From Bacteroidia bacterium (GTDB lineage: Bacteria; Bacteroidota; Bacteroidia; 2-12-FULL-35-15): 64,000 bases of DNA. The notes beneath the pieces are model-generated. The model was not told the origin of the DNA. It was given only the letters and a program-made list of their open reading frames with translations, and made no database searches. Shown here piece after piece: positions 30,881 to 39,837 of the stretch (position 1 is the first letter of the stretch; the number at the start of each line of letters is the position of its first letter). Made by a program: the position numbers and the translations under genes. Where the stretch lies: positions 1,784 through 65,783 of the forward strand of contig DASWNK010000148.1 in the NCBI GenBank assembly GCA_036399275.1, given 5' to 3'.

Positions 30881-31429
30881 TCACATTCTCGGCTTCCAGG
30901 GAATTTCTTCTGCATTCAGATCCTGCGTCAATTTTCTCGAAAGCACAAATAAATAATCGCTTAGGCGGTTCAGGTATTTTATTACCAGGTCGGCAACATA
31001 GCTATTTTCGGATAAGTGGATGGTTAAACGTTCCGCCCTACGACAAACACAACGTGCAATATGGCAATACGAAACAGTCGTATGTCCTCCAGGAAGCACA
31101 AACGATCGCATTTCAGGCAATGTTTCATTCATTTTATCCATCTCCTTTTCCAACAGCTCGATGTCTGTTTCTTTCAGATCCGGAATTTTCATTTTTGATT
31201 TTTCAGGATCGGAAGCCAGGGAAGAACCAATGGTAAACAAGCGATCCTGGATCTCGATCAGCATTTGTTTGGAATGCGCATCAATCTGCTGATCACGGAT
31301 CAATCCGATATGGGAATTCAATTCATCCACGGTTCCATAAGACTCAATTCTTATATGATGTTTCGGCACTCTTGTACCACCAATCAGGGACGTCTGGCCT
31401 TTATCGCCTGTTTTAGTATATATTTTCAT
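30881..31429 (-). CDS. PduO-type ATP:cob(I)alamin adenosyltransferase
   Basis: Canonical N-terminus MKIYTKTGDKGQTSL from the ATG at 31429, and a conserved C-terminal helical bundle. The ORF-track N-terminal extension was rejected. Confidence 0.88.
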   Translation of the reverse strand: MKIYTKTGDKGQTSLIGGTRVPKHHIRIESYGTVDELNSHIGLIRDQQIDAHSKQMLIEIQDRLFTIGSSLASDPEKSKMKIPDLKETDIELLEKEMDKMNETLPEMRSFVLPGGHTTVSYCHIARCVCRRAERLTIHLSENSYVADLVIKYLNRLSDYLFVLSRKLTQDLNAEEIPWKPRM

Positions 31430-31437
31430 GAAGTTAC

Positions 31438-31517
31438 AAATTACAATCCCGATAGCTATCGGGAACAAATATACCAATCAGTGTGTGGGTTATACAAATT
31501 AAAAATTACAATCCCGA
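31438..31517. repeat. 15-bp perfect direct repeat (AAATTACAATCCCGA x2); the first copy runs into an 18-bp perfect palindrome
   Basis: Repeat copies at 31438-31452 and 31503-31517. Palindrome TCCCGATAGCTATCGGGA at 31447-31464. All lie in the 95-bp spacer between the ABC ATPase and the adenosyltransferase genes. Confidence 0.9.
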
Positions 31518-31524
31518 ACTACCA

Positions 31525-32244
31525 TTAATGTACCAATCTGTTACCGACAGTCGTGATATTTTCATTCTGATAATCGCGTTCCACTACTCCGTCTTTTAAG
31601 CGAACAATCCGATGTGCATGTTGTGCAATATCTTCTTCGTGCGTTACCAGAATAATGGTGTTTCCATTTTTATGGATCTCTTCAAAAAGTCCCATGATCT
31701 CCACCGATGTTTTTGAATCCAGGTTTCCTGTCGGCTCATCCGCTAAAATAATTGCCGGATTGTTTACCAATGCTCTCGCAATGGCTACCCGCTGGCGTTG
31801 TCCACCGGAAAGCTCATTTGGCTTATGCATGATCCTGTCGCCCAGTCCGACTTGCTCCAATACTTCTTTTCCACGTTTCAGGCGATCTGCTTTATTAAAG
31901 CCTGCATAGATCAGAGGCAAAATCACATTATCAAGTGCTGTTGAGCGGGGCAATAAATTAAAAGACTGGAACACGAAACCTATCTCTTTATTTCTCACCT
32001 CAGCAAGATCATTGTCCAGCATTTTTGCAACAGCAATTCCATTCAGTATGTATTCACCGTTGGAAGGACTATCTAGGCAACCAAGAATATTCATTAAAGT
32101 AGATTTCCCGGAACCCGATGGCCCCATCAATGCCACATATTCATTCTTATAAATCTCAAGTGAAACAGAACGCAAAGCATGGATCTCTTCCGAACCTATT
32201 TTATAGGCTTTGGCGATGTTGGAAAGCTGGATGATTGATTTCAT
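31525..32244 (-). CDS. ABC transporter ATP-binding protein (MacB/LolD-like subfamily)
   Basis: Walker [11 protein letters not shown], signature [15 protein letters not shown], Walker [12 protein letters not shown]. Confidence 0.9.
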   Translation of the reverse strand: MKSIIQLSNIAKAYKIGSEEIHALRSVSLEIYKNEYVALMGPSGSGKSTLMNILGCLDSPSNGEYILNGIAVAKMLDNDLAEVRNKEIGFVFQSFNLLPRSTALDNVILPLIYAGFNKADRLKRGKEVLEQVGLGDRIMHKPNELSGGQRQRVAIARALVNNPAIILADEPTGNLDSKTSVEIMGLFEEIHKNGNTIILVTHEEDIAQHAHRIVRLKDGVVERDYQNENITTVGNRLVH

Positions 32245-32371
32245 AAATTCAACGGATTACGAGTCTTCGGTGGCGAATTTAGGTGATTATTCGACCAATG
32301 AATTTCAACAAATTTACAAATATATATCGGCGAATAACAAACCTTTTATCGGCGAACGTGGGAATTACACA

Positions 32372-33163
32372 TTAATATTTAATAGTAAAATGCTGCTTTA
32401 CCTGTTCTTTACGGAAGAAAACAATTCCCATGTAAAACAAGTCGAGGGAAACGGTTACTTTTTCATTTTGTTTGATTTCTTCCCAGGCTTCTGTCATTTC
32501 TGCCGACCAATAAATATCGTCAAAAAGGAAGATGCTTGTTTCAACTGCTTTTTCAAGACATTGTTTAAAGTAATTCAGGGTAGGTTCTTTTCGGTGGTTT
32601 CCATCAAAAAAGACGAAATCAAGGCGATCCGTTTTTTTTAAGATTTCCGGAAGCAATTGATCAAAGTTCCCTTTCAACTGTTCAATATTATTCAGGCCTA
32701 ATTTCCTGAAATTCTTTTTCGCAATTTCCGCCACTTCATCGCAGCCTTCTACGGTTATAAGCATTGATTTAGAATTCGCCGAAGCCATGTAAGCTGCGCT
32801 GATTCCTATGGAAGTCCCCAGCTCCAAAATAAAAGAAGGTTGAAAATGATTCACTAGCCGGAAAAGCAATTCGGCATATTTAGGAGGCTTGGCAGCAGAA
32901 CGGGCAATGTCTCTCACCGTTTTTGGATTGGAGCGGAGTGTCAGAGAGCCAGCACCCAGGTCGTTACAATTAACCATTTCGGCAGAAAGCAGCAAGTCGC
33001 TCCGGAGCTTCTCCAGATCCTTATAAGCATAGTACTTTTTGCGGTTATATACCACCCCCAATAATAACTCGAAAACAAAAGGAGAATGAACACCATGCTC
33101 GTTTACAGACCGAAAACGGTAAGCCAGATAATTACGTACCAAATGCAGCTTTTTCACGTGCAA
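32372..33163 (-). CDS. Class I SAM-dependent (O-)methyltransferase
   Basis: 263 aa with a SAM-binding motif I-like ILELGTSIGISAAYMA and a DGNHRKEPT block typical of the O-MTase family 3 fold. The start codon is non-ATG (TTG), so it is uncertain. Confidence 0.68.
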   Translation of the reverse strand: MHVKKLHLVRNYLAYRFRSVNEHGVHSPFVFELLLGVVYNRKKYYAYKDLEKLRSDLLLSAEMVNCNDLGAGSLTLRSNPKTVRDIARSAAKPPKYAELLFRLVNHFQPSFILELGTSIGISAAYMASANSKSMLITVEGCDEVAEIAKKNFRKLGLNNIEQLKGNFDQLLPEILKKTDRLDFVFFDGNHRKEPTLNYFKQCLEKAVETSIFLFDDIYWSAEMTEAWEEIKQNEKVTVSLDLFYMGIVFFRKEQVKQHFTIKY

Positions 33164-33363
33164 ACTTAAGCAAAAAGAAAATTGAACAATTTAAAAAAAA
33201 TCATGCAATCTATTGAACCCCAATCTGACTGATTCATAGGTCAATAACTATAATTAATCTGGCCCGAATCCTAATTTTGTCGTGATTTTGGGACAGATCT
33301 TTATGAGAGAATGGCATTATCTTTACAAAATTATTCTCGAAACTCATTTATAGATATATCAAT

Positions 33364-36300
33364 ATGTTTAAAAAACTTACCTTTCTAATTGGTATCACAG
33401 CGTTACTCATGGCAGCTCCAAAGCTAGCCAACGCTTCTCACATTGCAGGCGGAGAAATCACTTATACCTGCCTCGGTGGAAACCAGTACGAGATCAATTT
33501 GAATCTTTTTGTGGATTGCCTGGGGTTTAATCCGGGGCCTTCCCAAACCATTAACTTCATCAGCAGCTGCGGAGGAAGTGCAACCCTGAATGTTCCGGTG
33601 AGCCCGGCTACAATCAACGGACTGGAAATCTCTCAATTATGTCCTTCTGCCCTTGCCAACAGTACTTGTAACGGCGGAACGTTACCCGGAATGTGGCTTT
33701 TCAGTTATACCGGTATAGTAACTTTAGCGCCGCCTTGTGATACCTGGACAATGAGCTGGGCGCTCTGCTGCAGAAATACTGCAATGACCAATGTATCCAG
33801 CTACGACTATTATATTGAAGCGACTTTAAACAGCGCAACAGCATTGTGCAACAGCTCACCTCAATTTACCGCTCAACCCATCCCTTATGTTTGTATTGGC
33901 CAGGTTGTGAATTACAGTTACGGCGTTATTGAGCCCGATGGCGATTCTCTTTTCTATTCCCTGATCCCTGCTTTGGATTCAGCAGGTGTTTCTGTTACTT
34001 ACAATGCAGGTTATTCTGGAACATCGCCGATCCCGGGCATCACCATCAATTCAACAACCGGACTGGTTACTTTTACTCCCGCCTTATTGGGAAATTTTGT
34101 CGTGGCTATTTTAGTTCAGGAATACGATTCAAACGGAGACCTTGTTGGATCCGTTATGCGCGACATTCAATTTATAGTGCAGAGCTGTACGAATGTTGTT
34201 CCTCCCTCTACCGGTGGTGCAATCACCAGTTTCAGCGGAAACGCTGTACAAACAGGACCTTATAGCATTGAAATGTGTGCGGGTAACTGCTTCAACTTCA
34301 CAGCAACGTATACGGATAGCGATGCGGCAGACTCGCTTACTTATATTTCCAACATTACTGCTGCATTGCCTGGTGCTACCGTCACAGCTGCAGGTATAAA
34401 TCCTTTGGTATTGGACATCGACTGGTGTTCTCCTGCAGGAACGGCGGGACAAAATTTAACGTTTACCATTACGATTCAGGATGGCGCCTGCCCGATTCAG
34501 GGACAACAGGTTTTTGTTTATAACGTCAACATTCTTGACGCAACAACTGCAAGTCCCGACGTTGCTATTTGCGGCGCCCAAACAGCAGCACTCGATGCTT
34601 ATGGCGGAAGTATCTTTAACTGGTCGGTGATTTCCGGGCCCCCTATGACCCCATCCAACTTCTCTTGTAATCCTTGTTCCAGCCCGGTGGCTTCTCCATC
34701 AGCAACCACCTCTTACCAGGTAGTGAGTAACCTTAGCGGAACCTGCGACAACATCGATACGGTAACAGTATTTGTTGCTCCCAGCTTTACCTATACTGTT
34801 ACACAAAGCTCAACCAGCTCGTGTTTGCAGGATCCTGTTCAACTGGATGTAACAGCATTATCACCGGCAGGAGCTTATACCTTTTTATGGACACCGGCTA
34901 CCAATCTGAGCAATGCCACAATCCAAAACCCAATTGCTACTTTTTTAACGCCGGGAACTTATACCTATACGGTAACAATCACCAGTCCTTCAGGTTGTGC
35001 TCAATCCACCGTATTATCGATCAGTGCAGCGCCATCATTTATACCGCAGATTACCGCACACAATGATACCTCCTTTTGTCCAGGCGGTATAGCAAACCTG
35101 AGTGTCACATTCGACGGAGGATCAACACCACCAAGCTGCGGATTAAGCGCTTCCGGCGGTTGCGGAGGAGTTTCCATATCTGGAACAGTTGGTACAGGAA
35201 CAGGTGCAAACACCTCTACTACATGGCCGGCTATTTTCGGCAACTGGTATACCTCCAACAAACATCAGATGTTGTTCACAGCAGCAGAGTTAAATGCTGC
35301 CGGAATCACCGGAGGGAAGATCGATCAGTTGGATCTGAATGTGACCGCCATTAATGGTATCAGCGTTTATCATCAGTTCACAATTAAAATGAAATGCACT
35401 TCCATAACAGCACTTGGAGCTACCTGGGAATCCGGATTAGTGCAGGTATTCAACCCTGCCACCGTAAACGTGATTGTCGGCTGGAATACCATGCTGCTGA
35501 ACAATGCTTTTGAATGGGATGGCATATCTAACATTGTGGTAGAGATTTGCAGCACAGAGGGTGCGCCATATCCGAACTATACCCAAAGCTGTATTTCTCC
35601 ATACACCACCACTACCTTTACTTCCTGCTTATTTAGTTATACCGACTCGTTCGATATGTGCCCGAATCTTACCAATTTGGTAACACCAACCAACAATCGT
35701 CCAAACATTCGTTTTCACTATTGTTCCGTCGCTTCGAACCCAGCTAACTATACTTATTCATGGACACCTGCCAGTGGTGTGATCGCAGATTCATCTGCAC
35801 AAAGCACAACAGGGATGCCGCCAACAAGCATGGATTATATCATTACAGTAACGGATATTGCAGGAGGCTGCTTCGATCAGGATACTGTTCATGTAACATT
35901 GATTAACGTAGATACATTGACTGTTACTCCTGCCGGACCGTTTTGTGTGAATGCTCCGGTTCAGACACTTGCCGTGTCAGTACCGACAGGAACAGGGCTT
36001 TGGTCAGGAACAGGAATCACCAATACTACTACGGGAACATTCGATCCTGCCATTGCGGGAGCTGGCTCCCACCAGATCATGTACAATGTAAGCGCCGCTT
36101 GTGGAACAGGAGCAGACACTATTACTGTGGTAGTGCTACCTCAACCGGATGCTACCATTACAGCTGTAGGCAGTCAATGTGTTACCGCCGCGGCGGCGAT
36201 CACACTTAGTGCAGCAACGGTCGGCGGAACATGGTCCGGACCAGGTATCACCAGCGGTTCTGCAGGAACCTTTGATCCGGCAACCGCGGGAGTTGGTAAC

Positions 36301-37389
36301 CATCTGATCACCTATAATATTATTACACCTTGCACTTCGCAGGATACGATCATGATCAATGTTATTCCACAATTGAATGCGACTATTCTCAATGTCGGAC
36401 CATTCTGTACCACCGATCCTTCTGTTACGTTAACGGCGGCTGATCCGAGTGGAACGTGGACAGGGACTGGAATCACGAATGCAACTACGGGCGTTTTCGA
36501 TCCTGCCACTGCCGGACCAGGAACGCACCTGATCACTTATACCATTGCGGGATTATGCGGAGCAGAGGCTACTTCGCTGATCACCGTAGTAGCTACGCCT
36601 GTTATTTCCTTTACATCGGATACAACAGAAGGCTGTGAACCTACAACGATCATCTTTAACAGCACAGTGAGCCAGCCGGGCGGAACGTATGCATGGACAT
36701 TTGGTGACGGAGGAATTTCCAACGTAGCGAATCCAAGCAATACCTATGTGGCTAATGGTCTTTATACTGTGTCCCTTACCTATACCAATACCACAGGCTG
36801 CAGCGCTTCAGTAACACAAACTGATATGATCAACATTCATTCACAACCTGTTGCTATATTCTCCTATGGACCACAGCCTACAACGATAACCAACCCGGTG
36901 ATCAACTTTACGGATAACTCTCTAGGACTGATCAACAACTGGAACTGGATGTTTGGAGCAGGAGGGATTTTAGGATCATCTACTCAGCAGAACCCTTATT
37001 ACGGGTTTACAGAATCGGGGGTATATCCAGTTCAGCTGATCGTGACCAATAATTTCGGTTGTGCCGATACGGCAGACAATGTGGTAATTATTGAATCGAT
37101 TGTAGTATTCTACGCTCCCAATGCATTCAGCCCGGATGGAAACGGAGACAATGATGAGTTCATGGTAAAGGGAGATGGCATCGACAATTCTACTTTCGAA
37201 ATGCTGATTTATGACCGCTGGGGAGAACAAATTTTCAAATCAAATGACATTCACACAGGCTGGAACGGAAGACGCAATAATATGGGTGCTGAGCTGGTAC
37301 AGCAGGAAGTGTATGTATGGAAGGTGGCTTTTAAGGATTTGAAAAACCAAAAACACAATTATATCGGCAGTGTAACAATTGTCAAATAA
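33364..37389 (+). CDS. Large surface adhesin-like protein with PKD/Ig-like repeats and gliding-motility-associated (type B T9SS) C-terminal domain
   Basis: 1341 aa with a signal peptide. A 76-78-aa repeat occurs three times (35929-36565). PKD-like block. C-terminus FYAPNAFSPDGNGDNDEF...WNGR...YVWKV is typical of the CHU_C/type B sorting domain. Confidence 0.85.
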   Translation: MFKKLTFLIGITALLMAAPKLANASHIAGGEITYTCLGGNQYEINLNLFVDCLGFNPGPSQTINFISSCGGSATLNVPVSPATINGLEISQLCPSALANSTCNGGTLPGMWLFSYTGIVTLAPPCDTWTMSWALCCRNTAMTNVSSYDYYIEATLNSATALCNSSPQFTAQPIPYVCIGQVVNYSYGVIEPDGDSLFYSLIPALDSAGVSVTYNAGYSGTSPIPGITINSTTGLVTFTPALLGNFVVAILVQEYDSNGDLVGSVMRDIQFIVQSCTNVVPPSTGGAITSFSGNAVQTGPYSIEMCAGNCFNFTATYTDSDAADSLTYISNITAALPGATVTAAGINPLVLDIDWCSPAGTAGQNLTFTITIQDGACPIQGQQVFVYNVNILDATTASPDVAICGAQTAALDAYGGSIFNWSVISGPPMTPSNFSCNPCSSPVASPSATTSYQVVSNLSGTCDNIDTVTVFVAPSFTYTVTQSSTSSCLQDPVQLDVTALSPAGAYTFLWTPATNLSNATIQNPIATFLTPGTYTYTVTITSPSGCAQSTVLSISAAPSFIPQITAHNDTSFCPGGIANLSVTFDGGSTPPSCGLSASGGCGGVSISGTVGTGTGANTSTTWPAIFGNWYTSNKHQMLFTAAELNAAGITGGKIDQLDLNVTAINGISVYHQFTIKMKCTSITALGATWESGLVQVFNPATVNVIVGWNTMLLNNAFEWDGISNIVVEICSTEGAPYPNYTQSCISPYTTTTFTSCLFSYTDSFDMCPNLTNLVTPTNNRPNIRFHYCSVASNPANYTYSWTPASGVIADSSAQSTTGMPPTSMDYIITVTDIAGGCFDQDTVHVTLINVDTLTVTPAGPFCVNAPVQTLAVSVPTGTGLWSGTGITNTTTGTFDPAIAGAGSHQIMYNVSAACGTGADTITVVVLPQPDATITAVGSQCVTAAAAITLSAATVGGTWSGPGITSGSAGTFDPATAGVGNHLITYNIITPCTSQDTIMINVIPQLNATILNVGPFCTTDPSVTLTAADPSGTWTGTGITNATTGVFDPATAGPGTHLITYTIAGLCGAEATSLITVVATPVISFTSDTTEGCEPTTIIFNSTVSQPGGTYAWTFGDGGISNVANPSNTYVANGLYTVSLTYTNTTGCSASVTQTDMINIHSQPVAIFSYGPQPTTITNPVINFTDNSLGLINNWNWMFGAGGILGSSTQQNPYYGFTESGVYPVQLIVTNNFGCADTADNVVIIESIVVFYAPNAFSPDGNGDNDEFMVKGDGIDNSTFEMLIYDRWGEQIFKSNDIHTGWNGRRNNMGAELVQQEVYVWKVAFKDLKNQKHNYIGSVTIVK

Positions 37390-37411
37390 TCGAAATACTT
37401 TATTTAATGGC

Positions 37412-37442
37412 AATGCCCCTGGAAACCAGGGGCATTTTTTTT
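37412..37442 (+). terminator. Rho-independent terminator after the adhesin gene
   Basis: AATGCCCCTGG / CCAGGGGCATT 11-bp stem with a 3-nt loop and a T-run. Confidence 0.88.
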
Positions 37443-37479
37443 GCTCTACCATTATTTTCAATAAAAAACAGGAAAAGCT

Positions 37480-37509
37480 TTTGTCCTTTCTAAAAAGTAT
37501 TTATATTTG
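37480..37509 (+). promoter_or_regulatory. Candidate Bacteroidota promoter for tRNA-Val (TTTG ... TATATTTG)
   Basis: -33-like TTTG at 37480-37483 and a perfect TAnnTTTG at 37502-37509, with an 18-nt spacer. The tRNA starts 29 nt downstream. Confidence 0.45.
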
Positions 37510-37537
37510 CAGCCCGTTTAGCAATAAATGGATTTTC

Positions 37538-37612
37538 GGGAGCTTAGCTCAGCTGGTTCAGAGCATCTGCCTTACAAGCAGAGGGTCACTGGTTCGAACC
37601 CAGTAGTTCCCA
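37538..37612 (+). tRNA. tRNA-Val (anticodon UAC)
   Basis: Folded by hand into a 75-nt cloverleaf. Acceptor GGGAGCT/AGTTCCC with one G-U pair. D arm GCTC/GAGC. Anticodon arm TCTGC-CTTACAA-GCAGA. T arm ACTGG-TTCGAAC-CCAGT. Discriminator A. CCA is not encoded. Confidence 0.93.
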
Positions 37613-37613
37613 C
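37591..37613 (+). repeat. attL core (within the tRNA-Val T arm/acceptor)
   Basis: GGTTCGAACCCAGTAGTTCCCAC, identical to 41516-41538. Confidence 0.9.
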
Positions 37614-37618
37614 CCAGA

Positions 37619-37649
37619 GGGTTTAACAGAAATGTTAAGCCCTTTTTTT
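37619..37649 (+). terminator. Hairpin plus T-run immediately after tRNA-Val (element-borne)
   Basis: GGGTTTAAC / GTTAAGCCC stem with one G-T pair, a 6-nt loop and T7. Confidence 0.7.
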
Positions 37650-37721
37650 ATTCCCGCCACTTTCCCGCTAAATACATTGATAAATAAGGGCTTTGCGCCT
37701 AATTGCTTGCATTAAAAAAGG

Positions 37722-37748
37722 GGTTCAGATAGGTTCAGGCGGGTTCAG
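37722..37748 (+). repeat. Three 10-bp phased GGTTCAG repeats (candidate recombinase/RDF binding sites)
   Basis: GGTTCAG at 37722, 37732 and 37742. They share GGTTC with the first bases of the att core. Confidence 0.85.
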
Positions 37749-37750
37749 CA

Positions 37751-37782
37751 TACGCACCCTTTACGCACCCAGTTACGCACCC
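37751..37782 (+). repeat. Three TACGCACCC repeats, 11-12 bp phase (candidate arm-type sites, left arm)
   Basis: TACGCACCC at 37751-37759, 37762-37770 and 37774-37782. Confidence 0.85.
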
Positions 37783-37809
37783 AAGAAATAAATTATAACT
37801 TTGTAGCCT

Positions 37810-38010
37810 ATGGCAGAGGAAACAAAACGCAAGGATGCACGCATCGAAACACCTCAACACAATGCAGAGGTATTGCTCTCTTTCGGGGGTTTGTATTACA
37901 TTGGGACTTATAATGTAGAGGCAAGGGGCTTTGAAACTCGTGAGGGAAACTTTTTTGTAGTCAATGACAAAGCACCCCCAATATTTTGGAGCGAACTACC
38001 TAAGGGCTAA
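37810..38010 (+). CDS. Hypothetical small protein (element-borne)
   Basis: 66-aa ORF with an ATG start. No recognisable family. Whether it is coding is uncertain. Confidence 0.35.
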   Translation: MAEETKRKDARIETPQHNAEVLLSFGGLYYIGTYNVEARGFETREGNFFVVNDKAPPIFWSELPKG

Positions 38011-38020
38011 AATTAACACC

Positions 38021-38121
38021 TCAAAAAAAACGCCTCCACCGCATTTCACTTGGGAAACGCACAAATGTTATGCACGCATAATAAATGGGCAATGTCAAAA
38101 AAACCACCTCCACCGCATTTC
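38021..38121 (+). repeat. 27-bp direct repeat x2 (25/27 identical), 74 bp apart
   Basis: TCAAAAAAAACGCCTCCACCGCATTTC (38021-38047) and TCAAAAAAACCACCTCCACCGCATTTC (38095-38121), in the non-coding gap downstream of terS. Confidence 0.88.
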
Positions 38122-38150
38122 GCTAAAGATTTGATTTTCTACATTTAGAA

Positions 38151-38180
38151 ATGTAATGATTTGTAATGAATTGATAATGA
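38151..38180 (+). repeat. Three 10-bp phased iteron-like repeats ATGTAATGAT / TTGTAATGAA / TTGATAATGA
   Basis: Read directly from the sequence. The third unit contains TTGATA. Confidence 0.8.
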
Positions 38181-38216
38181 GGCAGTTACAAGAACTCGTA
38201 CGTTGTTAGCTAAATA

Positions 38217-38609
38217 TTACCCCTTTCCATCGGTAGCAATGATCTTAATAATAACGGGTTCGCCTGTATTGTCGATCTTAGTAGTTACAAAGTACCCAAG
38301 CATTCTAATAACTGTATTCATTAAGGAGGCGTAAGCATTATAATTGCCTTTCCTGAGGGCGATCTCGCTTGTATCAATGAGTTCGGATATAATTCTCTCC
38401 TTAGTTATGTTGTATTTAAGGGCAAGTTCCTCTTTTTTCTTCTGTATTGCGTTGTTAATGTCAGTATTTGCAAGCAATTTAAAGCCGTTTGCCTTAGCCG
38501 TTGCATAGGTTGAACGTGGATAGGCGTGCAAATATGCTTGGGTTGCGTTGCTATGGGTTGCGTAATGCTCTGTAAATCGGTAATGAGCGGGTGTAAGTGT
38601 TGTTTTCAT
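38217..38609 (-). CDS. Phage terminase small subunit-like protein (Terminase_2-type HTH)
   Basis: 130 aa. The N-terminus LTPAHYRFTEHYATHSNATQAYLHAYPRSTYATAKANGFKLLANTDINNAI follows the TerS pattern LTxxxxxFxxxYxxxxNATQAxxxAGYSxxxAxxxxxxLLxxxxI. No large-terminase gene lies nearby. Confidence 0.65.
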   Translation of the reverse strand: MKTTLTPAHYRFTEHYATHSNATQAYLHAYPRSTYATAKANGFKLLANTDINNAIQKKKEELALKYNITKERIISELIDTSEIALRKGNYNAYASLMNTVIRMLGYFVTTKIDNTGEPVIIKIIATDGKG

Positions 38610-38635
38610 ATATATAAATTATTCAATATTCGTTA

Positions 38636-39556
38636 TCAATGGTGCCTGCCGGCACCATGATAACTTAATTTTTTAGAGTATAGAAAGCCCTTACGTGCGG
38701 AATGTTCATATACCCGCTCCATTGGCAGGCGTTCTATTGTTTTTTTTCTTTTTTTTATTTCTTCTTTCTCTCTCTCAATGGGTGCATTGGGCAAGTATGG
38801 CTTATAGACTTGTTGAGGGCTCTGTTTTTTTTCTTTATTAATTCTTTCGTTTACTTGCTGATCTATTAAAGCCCTGTAAGTATGCACCCTGTTTTGTTCC
38901 TGCAAGTTTTCGCCTCTTATAACACCCTCACGTTTCACCTCAGCATATAGTTTACCGCAATACAGTAGTTGAATAAGCGGGTAAAGGTTTGTTTCTGTTT
39001 TTTTTCTTTTATTCATTTCTTCTTTGGTTTGTTTACTATAAATATTTATAGAAATGCGTTTTTGGTAGTTGAGGGCAAAATTTTCTTTGCTTGCTGGCAG
39101 GGTGTTTCCAAGTTGCTTGCTTAAATAGCTATATATAAAGTCGCTTGTAACTTGTCGGGAAACAATGTGAATTGATCTACATCCCATTTGCTTTTTAATC
39201 TTGTTGAGGTGGTTTTTCTCCTTATAATATACGATCTCGCTTAATTGACTGAGGTAATCCTTTGCAATGAATAAGTGTATATGTAGCTCAGGCTCTAAAT
39301 TGAAATCTGCATATCCATTGTAATGAGTTAAGGAGCTGTTTTGTTCTAATACCAATATGTATGGGGGTTGCTCAGGTAATAAGTTGCTTATATAGGTGTT
39401 TGCCTCCTTAGCTGAGTATATGCGTGTCTTAGGTTGAATGGTAACGAACATCATATTTTGCCCATTGTCCCCAAACAAAGTGAGGTACTTGTTATAGAAA
39501 CTTTCAAGGGCTTCTTTCTTAGTTAGATATGAGGTTTTATAGGTGTTTGGTGGCAT
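38636..39556 (-). CDS. HUH-type rolling-circle replication initiator-like protein
   Basis: Three ordered motifs: FVTIQP (motif I-like), ELHIHLFIA (HUH, codons 39275-39283) and YSYLSKQ (YxxK, 39116-39127). Lys/Glu-rich C-terminal tail. ATG at 39556 preferred over the TTG at 39586. Confidence 0.5.
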   Translation of the reverse strand: MPPNTYKTSYLTKKEALESFYNKYLTLFGDNGQNMMFVTIQPKTRIYSAKEANTYISNLLPEQPPYILVLEQNSSLTHYNGYADFNLEPELHIHLFIAKDYLSQLSEIVYYKEKNHLNKIKKQMGCRSIHIVSRQVTSDFIYSYLSKQLGNTLPASKENFALNYQKRISINIYSKQTKEEMNKRKKTETNLYPLIQLLYCGKLYAEVKREGVIRGENLQEQNRVHTYRALIDQQVNERINKEKKQSPQQVYKPYLPNAPIEREKEEIKKRKKTIERLPMERVYEHSARKGFLYSKKLSYHGAGRHH

Positions 39557-39837
39557 TGGGCAAAAGTTCAACTTCCGTAAACTCAATGTTTACGCTGGTT
39601 TTAGCTGTTTTAAATGTTAGTAAAAAAATAGGGGCTCAAAGTATCTACACCTCAACCCCTCTTATCAACATCACTTTTCCTTTCGATCTCTAATAAATAG
39701 AGGAATAAAAGAATAGTATCGAATTTGACCTATCAAAACCAAATGAAAGTTGCAGTTTTTTGCCTGTAAAATTATAACTACTTGATTATGAGGTAGAATA
39801 AATTTTGTGCTTTTGTTGGGTGTGTATTTATTTTTTT

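Noticed and set aside
37379-37606. 75-aa ORF spanning the adhesin terminator, the tRNA promoter and most of tRNA-Val
   Set aside because: It reads through a terminator hairpin and a well-folded tRNA gene, so it is an artefact of six-frame translation.
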